This document shows positions 12,946 to 31,596 of a DNA stretch of 64,000 nt, piece by piece. The DNA lies in assembly GCF_009914755.1 (NCBI RefSeq), contig NC_060934.1; one strand, written 5' to 3'. This stretch comes from the human T2T-CHM13v2.0 reference genome, Homo sapiens. Numbering within the stretch: the first letter of the stretch is position 1; each line of letters starts with the position of its first letter. Position numbers and translations under genes: made by a program. The notes beneath the pieces are model-generated. The model was not told the DNA's origin. It did not search any database and worked only from the letters and a program-made list of their open reading frames with translations.

Positions 12946-13560
12946 CCGGCCACTCCAAGGCTCTAGGCCTCCTTGCACAATCGCCATCTGGAAACATGAG
13001 CTGCTGCTGCCCCAGCACCTGATCCAGAATCTGCTGCAGTGCCGAGGTTCTGATCTCACAAATTGAGAAGGGAACGGGCTGGGGCAGCTGACATTTTGCC
13101 CATCGCATCTGCTTTTAGCAATCGATCGGCACAGCAGAGTCATGGGAGCTAGCAAAGGTCATGAAGCAGGTCCAGCTGCTGGCCTTGACCTCGCCACACA
13201 AGTCCCAAAGCTCACCCCTTCTTCAAAGCGTCCTGGCATGGTGTTCTACAAGCGCTGCTCCCAGGCTGCCGGGGACTGGCTGCGGTCTATTTTCTAGATG
13301 AACAAAGTAAGCACAGAGGCTCCCTGTCTCCCAGGCAGGTGCCCTGACACCAGAGAAGCCTTGAGCCAGGCCTGGCACCCCGGGATGCACCCTTTGGCCT
13401 GCCCAGGTGCCAGGGCTTGGCATCTGGCCCAGCCAGGAGGGACTCTGGCAGATCCCAGCGGAGCTCCTCCCTGTAGCCCCTCCATGGTACAGGCTGCTTG
13501 GGAAGGGGTCTGGTCTGTGAGTTGCTCTCTGTGCTGGACAGCGCTCCAGCACCTGCCCTT

Positions 13561-13670
13561 GGTGTGTGTGTGTGTGAATGTGATTTTACAAATGTGTGTG
13601 AGCGTGAGTGTGAATGAGTGTGTGTGAGTGTGTGTGAGTACATGTATGTGCGTGTGTGTGGGGGGGGGGG
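13561..13670. repeat. Degenerate (TG)n tract ending in a G run
   Basis: Seen directly. Confidence 0.9.
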
Positions 13671-15502
13671 TTGTTGTAGGTTTTGTGTTCTACAACTGAC
13701 AACCTCAGCTCTTTTCTTGACCTGGTTAGTGACTGGGACACCCTGCCCCCTTGCACCTGATGGAGCCAGACGGGGCTGGGGTTGGAAACTTCTTGGTTCC
13801 TGGTGGCCCAGGCATGTCCAGGTTCTGACCCCACCCAAGAAACCTGTCTGCAGCTCTGGAAGAAGAAACACCCAAGACCCAAAGAAGATGCGGTGCCCCA
13901 GCTGGGGTGGGTGGACATGAGTCTCCCAGAGCAGCCCAGAATCAGAGGAGGACTGACGGTTGAGGGCCTGGCTAGAGGAGGGCGTCCCAGACATGGGGGT
14001 GGGACCAGGATCCAGGGTCTGGCCCTTTTACCTGGCTGGAGGACTGTGCCTTGCCGGGCCTGGCTGGCCACTACTCTGAGAGCCCCCAGCCCCATGAAGA
14101 CACCCACGGTAGGGCCAGGCTTCCCAGCACAGGATCCCAGGAAGAAGGTGGATCGAGAGTCATGGAATGGTGCTGGCGGGGGGAGTGGGGGGATCTGTAG
14201 TGTTGGGACCATTGTGGGAATTCCCTCTGTGGATGTCAGATGCACTAATGAGGGACTGGGTGGAATGAAGGCACATCTCCTGCCCTGAGGATTTCCGAGG
14301 GGTTGGGCTCCTGGCTGCCACTCTATGGAGAAGCACCAGAGGCCGTGGGACAGGGGCCCATTCTTTCCACTGGTTCTGATGATGGAAGTCCCCAGGTGAC
14401 TGCCGTCTGTTGGGGGTTCTGCCCCCACATAGAGCCTTTGGGTGCCTTCAGGAGTGTGCGTCGTCTCTCTGTGCTGACTTGGTCAGCAGTCGCCTTGCGT
14501 TTGAACGTTGGCGTATTCCTTTAGGAGTGGGGCCTTGTTGTTGAATTGAGCAGCACTGTTATTTTTCTAAAAAATATATTTTTCAAAATGTGATGTTATA
14601 TTTAGTTTTCAACAGATTGCCTGAATTCTTTTTCAAAGTTGTATTTTATTATGGATAAATTGAAAATGCTGATATCTTGAGTTACCTCTTTCTTTTCTGT
14701 AGATCGTACTATCTTAATTAACCCTAGTAAATCCAGAGGAAATTCATCTAAATGCAGATTATGTTAACTTTTTTGTCACCATGAGCTATTTCCATGTTTC
14801 GGGATGGCAGGGGCCGGGAGAGACAGGCAAGCTGCTGCTGGGGCCTTTCAGACTGAACCATATATTGAGAAGGAGCACTGACCAGCATACCTATGTCTCT
14901 TGAACCATGAGGCGTCGCCCCAGCAGAGGCTGGGAGCAGAGACAGGGCCTACCCAGCCCATCTAGACTTCTCTTGAGCTGCCCTTATTAATACTACTTAA
15001 TTCAAATTTAAAAATTCTGGGACAAAAGCTAAACTGGATGAGATAGCTGGTCAGCAGGTGCCAGCTGGACTGTCTCAGGCTGAGTGGGATACAGGTGGGG
15101 TCCCTGTGCTCCCCGAAAGACCAGGCTTATACGTGCAGTGGGCCTGGGAGTCACTGCCTGCAGCAGCTGGAACTGGCTGGAGCTTACAGACTTCGAGGAG
15201 AGGGTCCTGGAAGGACCAGGGGGTCTCAGGCTTCTGCTTGAGCAGGTGGGGAGGAGGCCGTGGCCCTCCCACTGTTTTGCATCCGTACACAAGTGGTGCA
15301 GCGACACCCTTGTTCTTAGGGCATTGCAAACATGCCCAATCGCTTCCTTTGACCTTCTAGAAATGAAATGGCCAGTCAAAGGTCACGTTCCCTGCTGAGA
15401 AATGGGCTGCTGTATCCTCCAGTCATGGCAGTGCTGGCACAGACCTTTCCAGAGGGCAGGTTCCTGATCGGACTTCACATCTCAAATGGTTTTCAACTCC
15501 AC

Positions 15503-15963
15503 AGTGGCTTCCTAGGGCTACGGTAACAGATACCACAGACTGGTGGCTTCCACAGCCCAAGTTTATTGTCTGTATCACAGCTCCGGAAGCTGGAAGTCCA
15601 AGATCAAGGTGTTGGCAGGGTTGGTTCCTTCTGGGGATTCTGTGGGAGAAGCTAATCCATGGCTCTCCCCTGCTCCTGGAGGTCAGCCCAGGCCTTGGCG
15701 TTCCCTGGCTCATAGCTGCCTCCCTCCAGCCTCTGCCTCCATCCTCCCAGGGCCTTCTCCCCTGCTGTCTGTCACCACTCCCTCTCCTTTCTCTTCTAAC
15801 CCAGTCATTGGATTTAGGGCCCGCCCTAGATGCAGAAGGATCTCATTTTGATTCCTTAACATGATTATATCTGCCAAGTCCTTATCTCTAAATCAGGCCA
15901 TGTTCACAGGTATGGGGGTTAGGATGTGGACACGTCTTTTGGGGTCCACCATTTAGCCCACCG
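15503..15963 (-). mobile_element. MLT1C-like LTR
   Basis: CCTAGGGCT...GGAAGTCCAAGATCAAGGTGTTGGCAGGG...CAGTCATTGGATTTAGGGCCC...TTCACAGGTATGGGGGTTAGGA. Confidence 0.85.
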
Positions 15964-18427
15964 CCCTCTGCTTCTACATCTTCCCTTGAATTGTTCTAAT
16001 TCCAAACTGAGAGGTTGAATTGTAGCCTGGCTGAGAGGTATCCCCAAGCATGACATGTCCTGGGGAGGGGGCATCACGGTTGGGCTGGCTCTGAGCTTCG
16101 TTTGCCTTCAGTACCCCCTGTGGGGGTTGGGGGATGGCTGCATGCCCTGGCTGTCTCCCTGAGTCTGGTTCCAGGTCAAAGAAGCCCCTGGCCACCCTTC
16201 CATTGAGCCCTGCCGATAGGCTGTGGCCCAGGCTGCTCTTTGGAGTTCTCCCTGACTAGGTTCACCCTCAGGGATCCTTTTCTAAGGCCAGGGACAGATG
16301 CAAACAGGCAACAACTGTTATGGGGACTTTTTCTCTCTTTCTGAATGTGACATTAGAAAAAATGTCACAGTTAGAAGAAAGTTAAACTATACCCTGAGTT
16401 GGAAGGAGAGGGGTGACATTCCCGTCTGTGTCTCCAGGGTTGGAAATGATGGATTAGCACTGCATTGAAGCGGAGAGAGGCTCTCTCAGCTCTGTAGACA
16501 GAAGGACCAGGTCCTCTGTGTGCAAAGCACTTCTGCCAGCAGAAAATGCTGCTCCCTGCCGCTAGGAGGCCCTCTGGCTGTGTTAACAGTCCACAGTCCC
16601 GGTCCTTGGGAATCAGCCCTGAATACAATTTGAACCCACAGTTGTCTCCCAGGATTTTCTGCTGTGTTTTCTTGGGCATACAATGGAAGGCTGGAGGTGG
16701 AGGGATTCCAATTCAAAGTTTGCCCTTGTCAGGAGTTCGTGATGAAACCAAACGCAGCCATTTGCTGGGAATTTCCTTTTCTCTAAAACTGTCTCCAGGT
16801 TGATGGGGGCCGTGGGAATGGATGGAGCATCAGTGTCTTGGCCATCTTGGGGTCAAACACTAATCACAGCCTCCTATAAGAAGGGGCTGAGCCAAGGCAT
16901 TCCCAGGAAAATGTGGGCTTCTTTGCTGAAAGGCTGTTGTTCCCTAAGGGATTTTCTGTTCTCCAAAGTCCACACCCCTCTGGCTACAAGAATGGAGTTC
17001 TGTTGGAATAGGAAGATGGACAAAACCAGGAGGTACACGCACCCTTTCAAGGAGGCAAACCTCTGCCTATTCCCACTTACCCTCAGTGTCCCCCAACTTG
17101 CAGTGGGGTGTAGAGGGGATGAAATGGAGGTAGAGGCTGGCTGCCAGCTGCTGATGTAGCAAGAAGAAGGAGCATACAGGTGTGAAGCTGCAAGGAGACA
17201 GGAGTTGGGGCTGAGAAGTTCTGGTGGAGAAGCCCAGATGGGTCCAGGCTAGGAGGTAGTACCAGACGTGACTGTGGGGGATGTGTGTTAGTGTGTGCAC
17301 GTATGCTTGCATGCATATATGTGTATGCACATGCGTGTGCCTGTGTGTGTTTGTCTCCTGAAGACAGTGAGACACAGACAGAACTAGCAAAGAACTTCAC
17401 AAGTCCCAGAGCTCTGTCGAAGAAAGTGCCCTCCATGCTCACCTGGCTCCTTCCTGGCTTGGCGGGCTCACGTGTAAGTGGAAATTATATTTGTTTCCCT
17501 ACCTGCCTCCCATGGCTGTTGTAAACATTAGACAAGAAAGTGAATACATAAAATTATGAAGGTGAAATGCTTGGGAAAGTGGAAACTGAGATTGCAAGGT
17601 GACTCTGAGTAGAGATTTTCTGATGCTCCCCATTCCTAGCTGGACCATTTGGGGACACCTCAGAGTGTCGTTGTGGTCTCAGCACATATCCTGAATATTT
17701 CCAGACAGCATCAAGTTCAAATTAATGCAATGAAGCAGATGAGGTGGACAGGCTGTAGAGCTGAGCAGCAGAGGTCCCTCCTGCCAGGGCGTGGCCACGC
17801 TGTCGTCCCTCTTTCCATCCTGCTGCCTCCCTAGTTTCCCCAGCCTTCAAGACTGGACTCTGCAGAGTGGGATGTGGGAAGCACATGGTAGGTGATTATT
17901 TTAGATTGTTATATAGAATATCCTTCTAATTATTTTTCATTTAAAATAAATTAATTTTAACCAACAAGAATGCAGATGGATATCCTCCCTTAGTCTTTAT
18001 TTTAGAAAACCACATTTCATCTGGAGTTTCCAGGCAGGAGTTCCCCACGTAGAGAATGTAAAAGACGAACAACAGGTGTGGCTTGCTCCCAGTGGACTGC
18101 AGAGCATTGCTTCTCACACGTGCCAGGAGGATGGGTTTATGGATCACCTCATCTAGGTCTAAGGAAATCATTCCCTTCAAAACGTGGGTTGCAAAGAGTC
18201 CTGAGAAGAAGATTGGAGATTGAAGATGTTACACGTAATGCAAACAGGTGCTAGCAACAAGAAAACCAACAGAACTTCCGTGCCCAGGACAAGTTCTTCA
18301 CCAGCTACATTAAATAGTAAAAACAGCCAGACACATCAAAAAGATTCTAACTGGGTTTGACAAGAAGTGGGCAAAAAGTGTCAGCCTTATTAAGAAGCCT
18401 ACATGAGATATGGATTTACACTCTCTA

Positions 18428-19865
<1,438 letters not shown>

Positions 19866-20289
19866 TCCTTTTCTCCTTCTTTTATTTTTTGAGGCTCATG
19901 GATGATTAAAACATGAAGATCTCCAAAGGAGAATCATGAATTTGTGGAATATTTTATATGTTGACATTAAATAATATTTTAACATAAAGAAAAGTAATAA
20001 GATTCTTCTGTTTTCAAGATAATTACAGAATTTATTTAAAAAATGTTAAATCATACTTTGCTTCAGGCAGTGTAGATTGGGAAAGAGACACAAATTTGAA
20101 ATTATTTAAAGATCACCTTCTACCAACACTCTTATTGTGTTTCTGTGACAATGTGTATAACCTCAGGAATTGTCAAAACTCTACTGTGTGGCATAGTAGG
20201 GTGCACAGTGCCCTCCCTCCTGCATATTTTTTCTTTTAGGCAAGGGCTTTCACTTGCTTTCCAGGTCATGTTATTACTGTAGGTACAGT

Positions 20290-20830
20290 ATTTTTTTGTT
20301 TTTTTTTATTAAACTTTTTTATTTTAAGGTAATTGTAGATTCACATGAAATTATAACAAATAATGCACAGAGATCCCACATATGCTTTACCCAATGGTCA
20401 CATTTTGCAAAACTACAGTGTGATATCACAACTGGGACACTGACATCCATACCACCAAGATTCAGAACATTTCCAGCTCTGTTAGGATCCCTCTTGTTGC
20501 GCTTTAATTGCCATACCCACAGCTTTCTGTCCGCATCCCTCCTTAACCCCTGGCAATAGCTTATCTGCTCTGCAAGTCTAGAATATGTCATTTAAAGAAT
20601 GTTATATAAATGGAGTCACATGGCGTGCAATCTTTTGGGACTGAGGTTTTCACTGAGCATAACTCTCTGGCTTTGTCCATGTGCTTTACTCATCCGTACC
20701 TTGTTCTTTTATCACTGAGTAGTGTCCCACGGTGTAGATGCACCAGCTTGTTTAACCACCCTGGGAAGGACATCTGAGTGGTTTCCAGTTTTTGTCTTTT
20801 ACAAATAAAGATGCTGTAAACGTTTATGTC
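20290..20830 (-). mobile_element. L1MD-like 3' end
   Basis: AATTGTAGATTCACATG...AATAATGCACAGAGATCCC...TTGCAAAACTACAGT. Confidence 0.75.
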
Positions 20831-20847
20831 ATTGAATGTTTGGCTAA

Positions 20848-21435
20848 GAAAATGTTAACAGCTTTAAGGAGGTATGTTGACATACAACAAATTGCACATG
20901 GTTAAAGTGCATATTTGCTAAATCTTTGCATATGTACATACCCCTGAGAACATCACCACAATCACAAAAATAAACACTTAGATCACCCCAGGGTGTCCTC
21001 ATGCTTCTCTGCAATCCCTCCTCCCCTTCATCTACTTGATTTATACTACTTCCTTCTCCAGGCAACCACAGATCTGCTTTCTGTTATGATAGTTTGTATT
21101 TTCTAGAATTGTGTATTAATGAAAACATACAGGAGATTTTTTGTGTGTGGCTTATTTCACTAGGTGAAATTATTTTCAGAGTCATCCTGGTTGTGATATA
21201 TATCAATGTTGCATTTCTTTTTATTACTGAGAAGCATTCAATTGCATGCCTATACCTCTGTTTGTTTATCCATCTGCCCGTGGATAGACATTTGGGTTGT
21301 TTCTGGTTTGGGGCTATTATAAAGAAAGCTTCTAGGGATATTCGTGTGGAACTCTTTTCATGGACAAGTGCTTTCATTTCTCTTTGGTAAATATCTGGGA
21401 GTAGAAAGACTGGATCATATATTAGGTTGTACTTA
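20848..21435 (-). mobile_element. L1ME-like 3' end
   Basis: AACAGCTTT...ATTGCACATGGTTAAAGTG...GACATTTGGGTTGTTTCTGGTTTGGGGCTATTAT. Confidence 0.75.
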
Positions 21436-22370
21436 ACATGCTCAATCCTTCCTCTAGCTTCTTTAAGGTATGTAAATGTAATACTGTCACAATCATTCTT
21501 TTAATGTCTTTATGTACTAATTATACCCTCGGTGTCAATTCTGGGTCAGGTTTGATTGATTTTTCTTCCCTCATTGTGGGCAGTGCTCTCTTACTTCTTT
21601 ACATGCCTGGTCATTTTTGCTTGGTTGCCAGACACTGTGAGTTGTATCTTGTAGGGTGGTGAATATTTTTTATCCTATAAATAATTTTGAGTTTTGTTCT
21701 TGGATGTGGTTAATTTACTTGTAAACAGTTTGATTTTTTGGATCTTTCTCTTAAGCTTTGTTATCTGGGACTCTACATTTAGTCTAGGGTTAGTTTTTTC
21801 CCACTGTTGAGTCAAGATGCCTCTTGGTAGTACAACCAATGCCTTCTCAATGATAGAGTTTTCAACTTAGGCTGCTGGAAACAGGTACTATTCCAGTCCC
21901 TTGGTGTGCACTGAAACCTATTCCTCTAACCTACAGATGGCTATTTCCCCAGCTTCAGTATGTCCTCACGCAGATGCACTGGTCAGTGTTCAACTGAATA
22001 CTTGAGGGAGACTCTGCTGATCTCCTGAGTTCTCTCTTTGTGAAGCTCTTTCCTCTATGATACTCTGCCCTGTGAATTCTAGCTGCCTTGGTTTCCCCAG
22101 GCTCTCAGCTACATCTCCTTAATTCAGGAAAACCACCTTTCCCTGAGACCTGAAAACTTTCTCCAAGCAGTAAGCGGGACAATCATAGGGCTTGTTTCAT
22201 TTTCTTATTGTCTGTGGGTTATTGTTTTTTGTTGTCTGATACCCAATGTCTTGTATACCATTGTTTCATACGTTTTGTCTGTTTTTTTTTTTTTTTTAGT
22301 TGATTCAAGCAGGTGAGTAAAGCTAGACCCTTTTATTCATTTTGAGTAGAAGTAGAATCTTCTGTTAAAG

Positions 22371-22686
<316 letters not shown>

Positions 22687-23582
22687 CTGTTAAAGAATTT
22701 TGCATCATGTATCACAGGTGATAGTTATCTGAATATTTTGTCTTTCTTCTAATATCTTTGGTTTTGATATCAGAGTTCCGCTAGCTTCACAAAATGGTTT
22801 GATAAATGATATTCTTTTTTCTCAAATATTTTTGGCAATATTTGTCTTATTTGCCTTTAAGTGATAGAATTCATCAATGAAGGCATCTCGTACTGAGGTT
22901 TTTTTTAATGGGGTAATTCTCATTATAAGTTGAATTTCTTTAACAAATATAAGAATGGGACTATGCAGATTTTCCATTTCTTCTCAAGTCAGTTTGGTAA
23001 TTTGTGTCTTTTAATAACTTTTTCTATTCTGTCTACATTTTTGACAGTTTGAACACAAAGTGTATTATATTATTCTTTTATTATCTATAATATAGGCTTT
23101 TTGGTGATGTACCCTCTTTCATTCATAATATGGTTCTTTTTGTAGATATTTAAAAATATTTTTTTCTTTATCTTTAGTTTTTAACAATTTACATCATTGT
23201 GTCTTGGTTTGGTTTTCTTTGTGTTTATTTTTCATTTTCATTGAGATACTATGATATTGTAGTATTCATTAAATTTGGAAAATATTCAGTTGCTGTTTTT
23301 TTTTTCTGCTTTCCTTATCTTTTTGCTACTCCATTTACACATATTTTAGACCTGTTGGTATTGTCTCAAAACTTCCTGAAGCTCAATTCTGTTTGTTTAA
23401 TTTTTAAATTCAGTTTGCATAATTTCTACTTGCATGTCCTGAAGTTCATAGATATTTTCTTCTGTAATACTCTAACCTGCTGTGAAATCTATAAGGGATT
23501 TTTTTTTCATTCTAGATACTGTATTTTTTAGTCTAGAAGTTTTATTTTATTCATATTTATATCTTCTATTTTTTCCTTATGA

Positions 23583-23891
<309 letters not shown>

Positions 23892-24639
23892 TGATCCTAT
23901 TTACAATAGGTTTTATGGGTCTAACAGCTAATTCTATCACCTCTGTGATTTCTTGGTCTGTTTCTATTGGCTGCCTTTTCCCTGTAATGGGTCACATTAT
24001 TCTGCTTCTTCACATGTCTAGTTACTTTTTGATTGAATACTTGGAAATTTAAATACCACATTACTGAGGGCTCAATTTTGTCATTTTCCCTTAGAGAGTG
24101 TTGAACTATATTCCGGCATGCAACTAAGTTACTTGTCAATCAATGTTATTCTCTCAAGGCTTGTTTTTAAGCTTGTTAGAGGGGGTAACCTGCACTCTAA
24201 AGCTAGTTCAGCCCTATGACTGAGGCTTGGCATATCTGAGGTCTCTTCTGAACTCACTAGGTGTTTAATGATGTCTCTCCACTTCAGCTCTTTGGAACTC
24301 GAGTGGCTCCTACCTCTATGCACACTCTGAGCATTGTTCATCTTACAGCGCACCTGCTTTTCTTCTCCCAGCCTTGTGAAATTTTACCCTGTATATATGT
24401 AGCTTAGTCTTCCGCAGCAGACTCGAGGATGCCCTGCCTGTTTTCTAACAAGTGAAAACTATTGTTTTATATATCTGTCCCGTTTTCTCATTGTATGATG
24501 GGAGGGCAATTTTTGTATTAGTTTCCCCATCATGCTAGAAGTGGAAGTTTACATCCACTACTCTTAGTGATACGGTCCTCAACCTAACTGAATTTTATGC
24601 CTTTATATATCAATAAAAGCACAAGACACACAAGCCATT

Positions 24640-26070
<1,431 letters not shown>

Positions 26071-28065
26071 TTGTGGAAAATATGACATGGCGCCTAGCAT
26101 TTAGCCTGTGAGCATAAGCGGTGGATACTGGGGCAGCTGAACTTGGTCTGTTCCTTCTGTTGGAAGTTGTTCTGTTAGGAGTCCCTACACAAGTGCTGAG
26201 GAAGGGGCCCATTTGGTGCAGAGCCTGGCTTTGGGGTCTCCCTGAATTTGGGGCCTCCCTGGCACGGGGTGTGCTTGCCCTCTGTTTAATAGCTGCCAAC
26301 CCCCCCCCCCTTCAATTCCAGTGAATGATTCTCCAGTGTTTACTTGGTGTGAACATCTGGACTGGGTGCTGGGAAGACGCATTGAAGGAGGAGTGATTCT
26401 TACCTGTGAGAAGCTCACAGCAAGTAAAGTATCCAAACAGTCTGGTGGATGAACGCTCTGCAGAGAGGACGCCTGGGCTGTGGCTGAGCAGGACCCACAA
26501 CATACAGGCCACTTGCTGTGTTGGGGAAGCTGCAGGGCTGCAGATCAGGCCACACAGGGTGGGGGCAGAGATGAGGGTGGGGAAGCTGCAGGTGAGCCAG
26601 AGCCCATGGGGGCTTCTTTGCCATGCAGTGGACTTCCTTCTGGGGTGAGGACAGGTGGCTTGGACTGGAGCAAATGCTCCGCTTTGGAAGGGTCACTGTG
26701 GGTGGGTGGCAGTCATGGCTGCAGGGGGTAGGGGTGGCAGAAAATATCTTAGCTCTTTTCTGGTCACCATTTGTGAGTTACTGGTATTAAAACTGACTCC
26801 TCTCTGCTCCCTGCCTGCCTCTTCTGACGAGTGGAGGTGCTGATGATCATTGTCTCCCATTGGTTAACCCATGTATGTTCCCTCACCCAGGACCGCTGGG
26901 GCAAGAGGCCTGGATTGCTGAGAGCCCCAGGCCCCCCGCCCCACGGTCTGTTCTAGTTTGTCTGGTCTCTTCCAGTCGTGGTCTGGGAACTGGGCAAGGC
27001 CTCCCACTGGGATCCGTTGAGACTGGACCTGTGGCTTCTATGTGTGCACTTGCCTGTACCCGCATGTGTGCCTGTGTGTGTGAAGCGGTGCACACATTCT
27101 GCCAGCTGGGATGCAGAGCCAGGCCTGCTGCTGAAAGCCCAAGAGCCAGGGTACGTGAGTGTGGTTTGTGCTAAGAGAGTGGCCTGTGCAGGGTCTGCAG
27201 AGAGCCTGTTGCTTTGCTCGGTGCAGACTTTAAATCCATAGGCTGTTGGCCTCTTCCAGGCAATGAAAGGCATCCCCAGCCCAGGTTGCTTTGTGCTTTC
27301 CTGGGTTCTGGCACCGCCCGGCACCGCCCCACAGAGCCTCTGCCTGGCCACCCTAGAGCAGCAGCCTGGAGCAGAGGCCCCGGGGGCACATATGGTGTCA
27401 CTGGTTGCAGAGTTCATTCAGATCATTTCTCTGCCACATTTTGGACTTGCCTGAGGTTCCTTTGTGGGGCTCATCGCAGGCAGAGAAAAGGTAGTGGGGA
27501 CTTCAGCTGAAGAGTGAAACTCAGTAATGGAAATAACAGTGTCCCAGGCAGGAGCCTGGCCCTGATCATCTGACGGTGGAACATTATTCAGCCAGCGATT
27601 CGAATGGGAAGGGAAAGAACTGAGTTCAGCAGGAGGGTTGAGTGCTAGAATGAGCCCACCCCTCCTTCCAAGGCTGCCCAGTTAGGGGGAAACAAAGCGC
27701 TTTTTCCAGGGCACCTTGGACAAGGGTCTCAGTCGCTTTCAATCCATCACAGATCCTGCTTGCTTGCTCGGAGGCAGCCTCTCAGAGCTGAGGCGGCCCA
27801 GGCGTCAGGCCCCCATCCCAGCTTTGTGTGGCTGTCTCTGCCGGTCCCCTCTGGCCTGGCCATTGCCTGCAGTCCCTCGGGTTTTCTGTTTGGAAACCTG
27901 CCCTTTCCCATTATTAGGAGGCTGCCCCACGGTGGCCACTGGAGATCAGTGTTGAGTAGCGGCTCTTGTGAGTAACTCACCAACCTGATTTACTTACTTT
28001 CCTTTAGCCTAATGGCAGAATAAAAACAAAATGTATTTAAGGTTAATACTTTGATCTAAAAATTA

Positions 28066-28472
<407 letters not shown>

Positions 28473-28635
28473 TTAATTTATGATTAAAACATTTTTAGAA
28501 AAGATATGACCTGGGTGTTTTTATTTTACTCAGAAACAAACAGTTAGGTGCAAATGATCATTGATCTGGAGCTTCTGTGATCACATCATTATTTTGATTA
28601 AATAATTAATACCATAAACTTTAAAAACGGATCTG

Positions 28636-29061
<426 letters not shown>

Positions 29062-30149
29062 CTATGAGAAATTGCATTGTGTGCTCATTATTCCACTTCT
29101 CCAACCATTCTAGGATTTGGAAGAAACCATTTCATTATCTGAAGAGTTTAAGTTCTAGATGACTGAAGGCCTCTTGCCCTATATTTGTTTTAATTACTAT
29201 TAATGAAGGTTCATTGTTGATATGCGACTTGGTATACAGTGAAATGTGTATTATTTAGACCAATTGAGTATTTAACAATCTGTAAAATCGATGACATGGA
29301 TAATAATTTACAGCGGAAAATGAGAGGCGGTGTTGGGCTCAGAGCCACCGCAGGTGACCTGCTCCAGTTCTGCAGCTGTTCATTCCCTGTTCCTCCATCC
29401 CGGGGGTGCTGATGGACAACCTGATAATTAATAGGCAACTTGGAAGACCTCGGTGCTGTTTTTTGAGAATCAATGTTTTCCTGGGTTTGGATCTTTTTCA
29501 AAGAGGGCTAAGTGACTTGCCCATGGGTGGCAGGGCAGTGACGGTGGCTCTGTGGTCATCTTTCATCCCAGCTCCCTGCAGGTGCATTTTGACTGCTCCT
29601 TCAGAAATCCTGTAATCTCTCTTCCCACAGGGGTGGGGTCCATAATTAACACTGTGAGCTTTCTAGCCCTTAGGCTAACACTGAGAATTCTGAGGCATGG
29701 CCTCCTCTGGGTTGATAGAACTAATTAGGTTTAATTAACCAATTCCAGGAATAACTAGTGGAAAACCTTGTGGGCTTGCATGGAAAGCATGGCAGTCCCC
29801 CACGTGGCACTTCCCCGCCTCCTTGCTGCTATCTCACAGATCTATTATTAATGTCTTTTATCACTTTGACAATAGAATCGTGTCTCCTTTGCTCTATTAT
29901 CCTTTGATCATTGAAATGAAGCTTTGATCCCGCATTTCACATATCACTGAAATGAGTCTTTGGATCCTTGATGCCAGAAGGTAGAAACCTTCAAAGAATC
30001 CTGATTTTGTGGCAGGTTCTAAAAGTCTGCTTGAAGGATGAGACCCGGACCCTGGGTGAAGCATCCATCTCTCAGGAGAGTGGCTGGAGACCGAATGCGA
30101 GGAGCAGAGAGAGATGGGGGTTCTGCTCGCCCACTGTGCCTTCACCAGC

Positions 30150-30836
30150 ACCAGCTGGGGGTCCTGCCATTCAACTCGACTCTCACACTAAACACCGGAG
30201 CTAGCGCAGACCCCGCATGCTAAAGAGCAAGGTCCTCTGAGACTGCTCTCATTTCAGATGCCAGCTACAAATGGGATCCCAGGCTTCCCACACTTCTGTC
30301 TGACTTGGTTACAAATTGGAGGGTCCCTAACCCCCACCTCCACTTTGATAATTCACTAGAATGACTCAGGAGACTCAGGAAAGTACCACACGACAATGAC
30401 CACTTTATTACAAAGGGCACAGAGGAGGTGCCCAGGGAAGGTCTAGAGGCTCTGTGCTGCAGAGGTGGGTGCTGCCTGCCTGGTGGGTACTGCCCGCCTG
30501 GTGCATCTACACCTTCACCAGCCAGGAAGCGCCCCCAGCCTCGTTGTCCAGAGTTTTATAGGGGTTCCATTACATAGACACAGCTAAGTCATGGTCACAT
30601 GGTGCAACTCAGTCCCCAGCACCCCTTCCTTCCCTGGGTCAGGAGGCTGAACGCTGCAGCCCTCTAGGCCTGCGGGTGGCTTTCTGCAGAGCAGCCTCAC
30701 CCTGAAGCTGTCCATCCCTCCTGTCCAGGATTCATTAGCATCACAAAAACAGTCCCAGGCTCTAGAAATCCCAGCAGGGACTGAAGCTCTGTGCCAGGAA
30801 GTGGGGGCAAAGACCACATCTATTTTTTATACACAG
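30150..30836 (-). mobile_element. MER21-like LTR
   Basis: CACCAGCTGGGG...ATTCAACT...TTCAGATGCCAGCT...TTTGATAATTCACTAGAATGACTCA...CTCTGTGCCAGGAA...GGCAAAGACCA. Confidence 0.7.
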
Positions 30837-31240
30837 GCAGTTGTGGGCAAAGTGGCTGAACCCTTATCAAGGCTGTGTGCTCATAGCTGCTGGCCATGCC
30901 TTGGCCAGAAGTGACCGGCTTAAGCGCCCCCGGGGAATGCCGCTCCGCTGAGACGTAGCTTAGTTGCACGAGGGCTTCAGCTCGCTCCTAACTCGTTCTG
31001 CCTTAGAGTCAGGCCCTGCGATGCCGTGTCTAAGGGCCAGGACCTGGGGCTCTGCTGGCTGCCTCACTGCAGGCCTCAAGATGCAGCGTCAAGAAATGTT
31101 TGAATTCATGCTTCACACACTTAGCTATGAAAAACAGAACAAACAAATGAAAATCGAAAGCACTCGAACATTTTCTAAATGAGACCTTAAAGGAGATGAT
31201 TTGGAGGAATCTTCATTTCTCTGAAGGTTTATGCTTTGCT

Positions 31241-31539
31241 TTTATTTAATGTTTTTGAGATAGGGTCTCACTCTGTCACCTAGGCTGGAGTACAGTGGCA
31301 CAGTTTTGGCTTACCGCAACCTCTGCCTCCCATGCTCAAGAGATCCTCCTGCCTCAGCCTCTTGCATAGCTGGGACTACAGGTGCAAGCCACCATGCCTG
31401 GCTAATTTTGTTTATTTTTTTGTAGAGACGAGGTCTTACTATGTTGCCCAGGCTCTCTTGAACTCCTGGGCTCAAGGGGTTCTCCTGCCTTGGCCTCCCA
31501 AAGTGCTGGGATTATAGGCATGAGCCACTGTGCCCAGCC
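31241..31539 (-). mobile_element. AluJ
   Basis: GGGTCTCACTCTGTC...TATGTTGCCCAGGCT...CCTGGGCTCAAG. Confidence 0.92.
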
Positions 31540-31596
31540 TGCTTTTGTAACCCAGACATTACCTGGGAGACTCTGTTCTTTAAGTCTCAAATGAAA

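Noticed and set aside
13287-14428. Overlapping 168-280 aa ORFs
   Set aside because: Open on both strands in GC-rich sequence and partly extended by a (TG)n tract; no recognisable homology.
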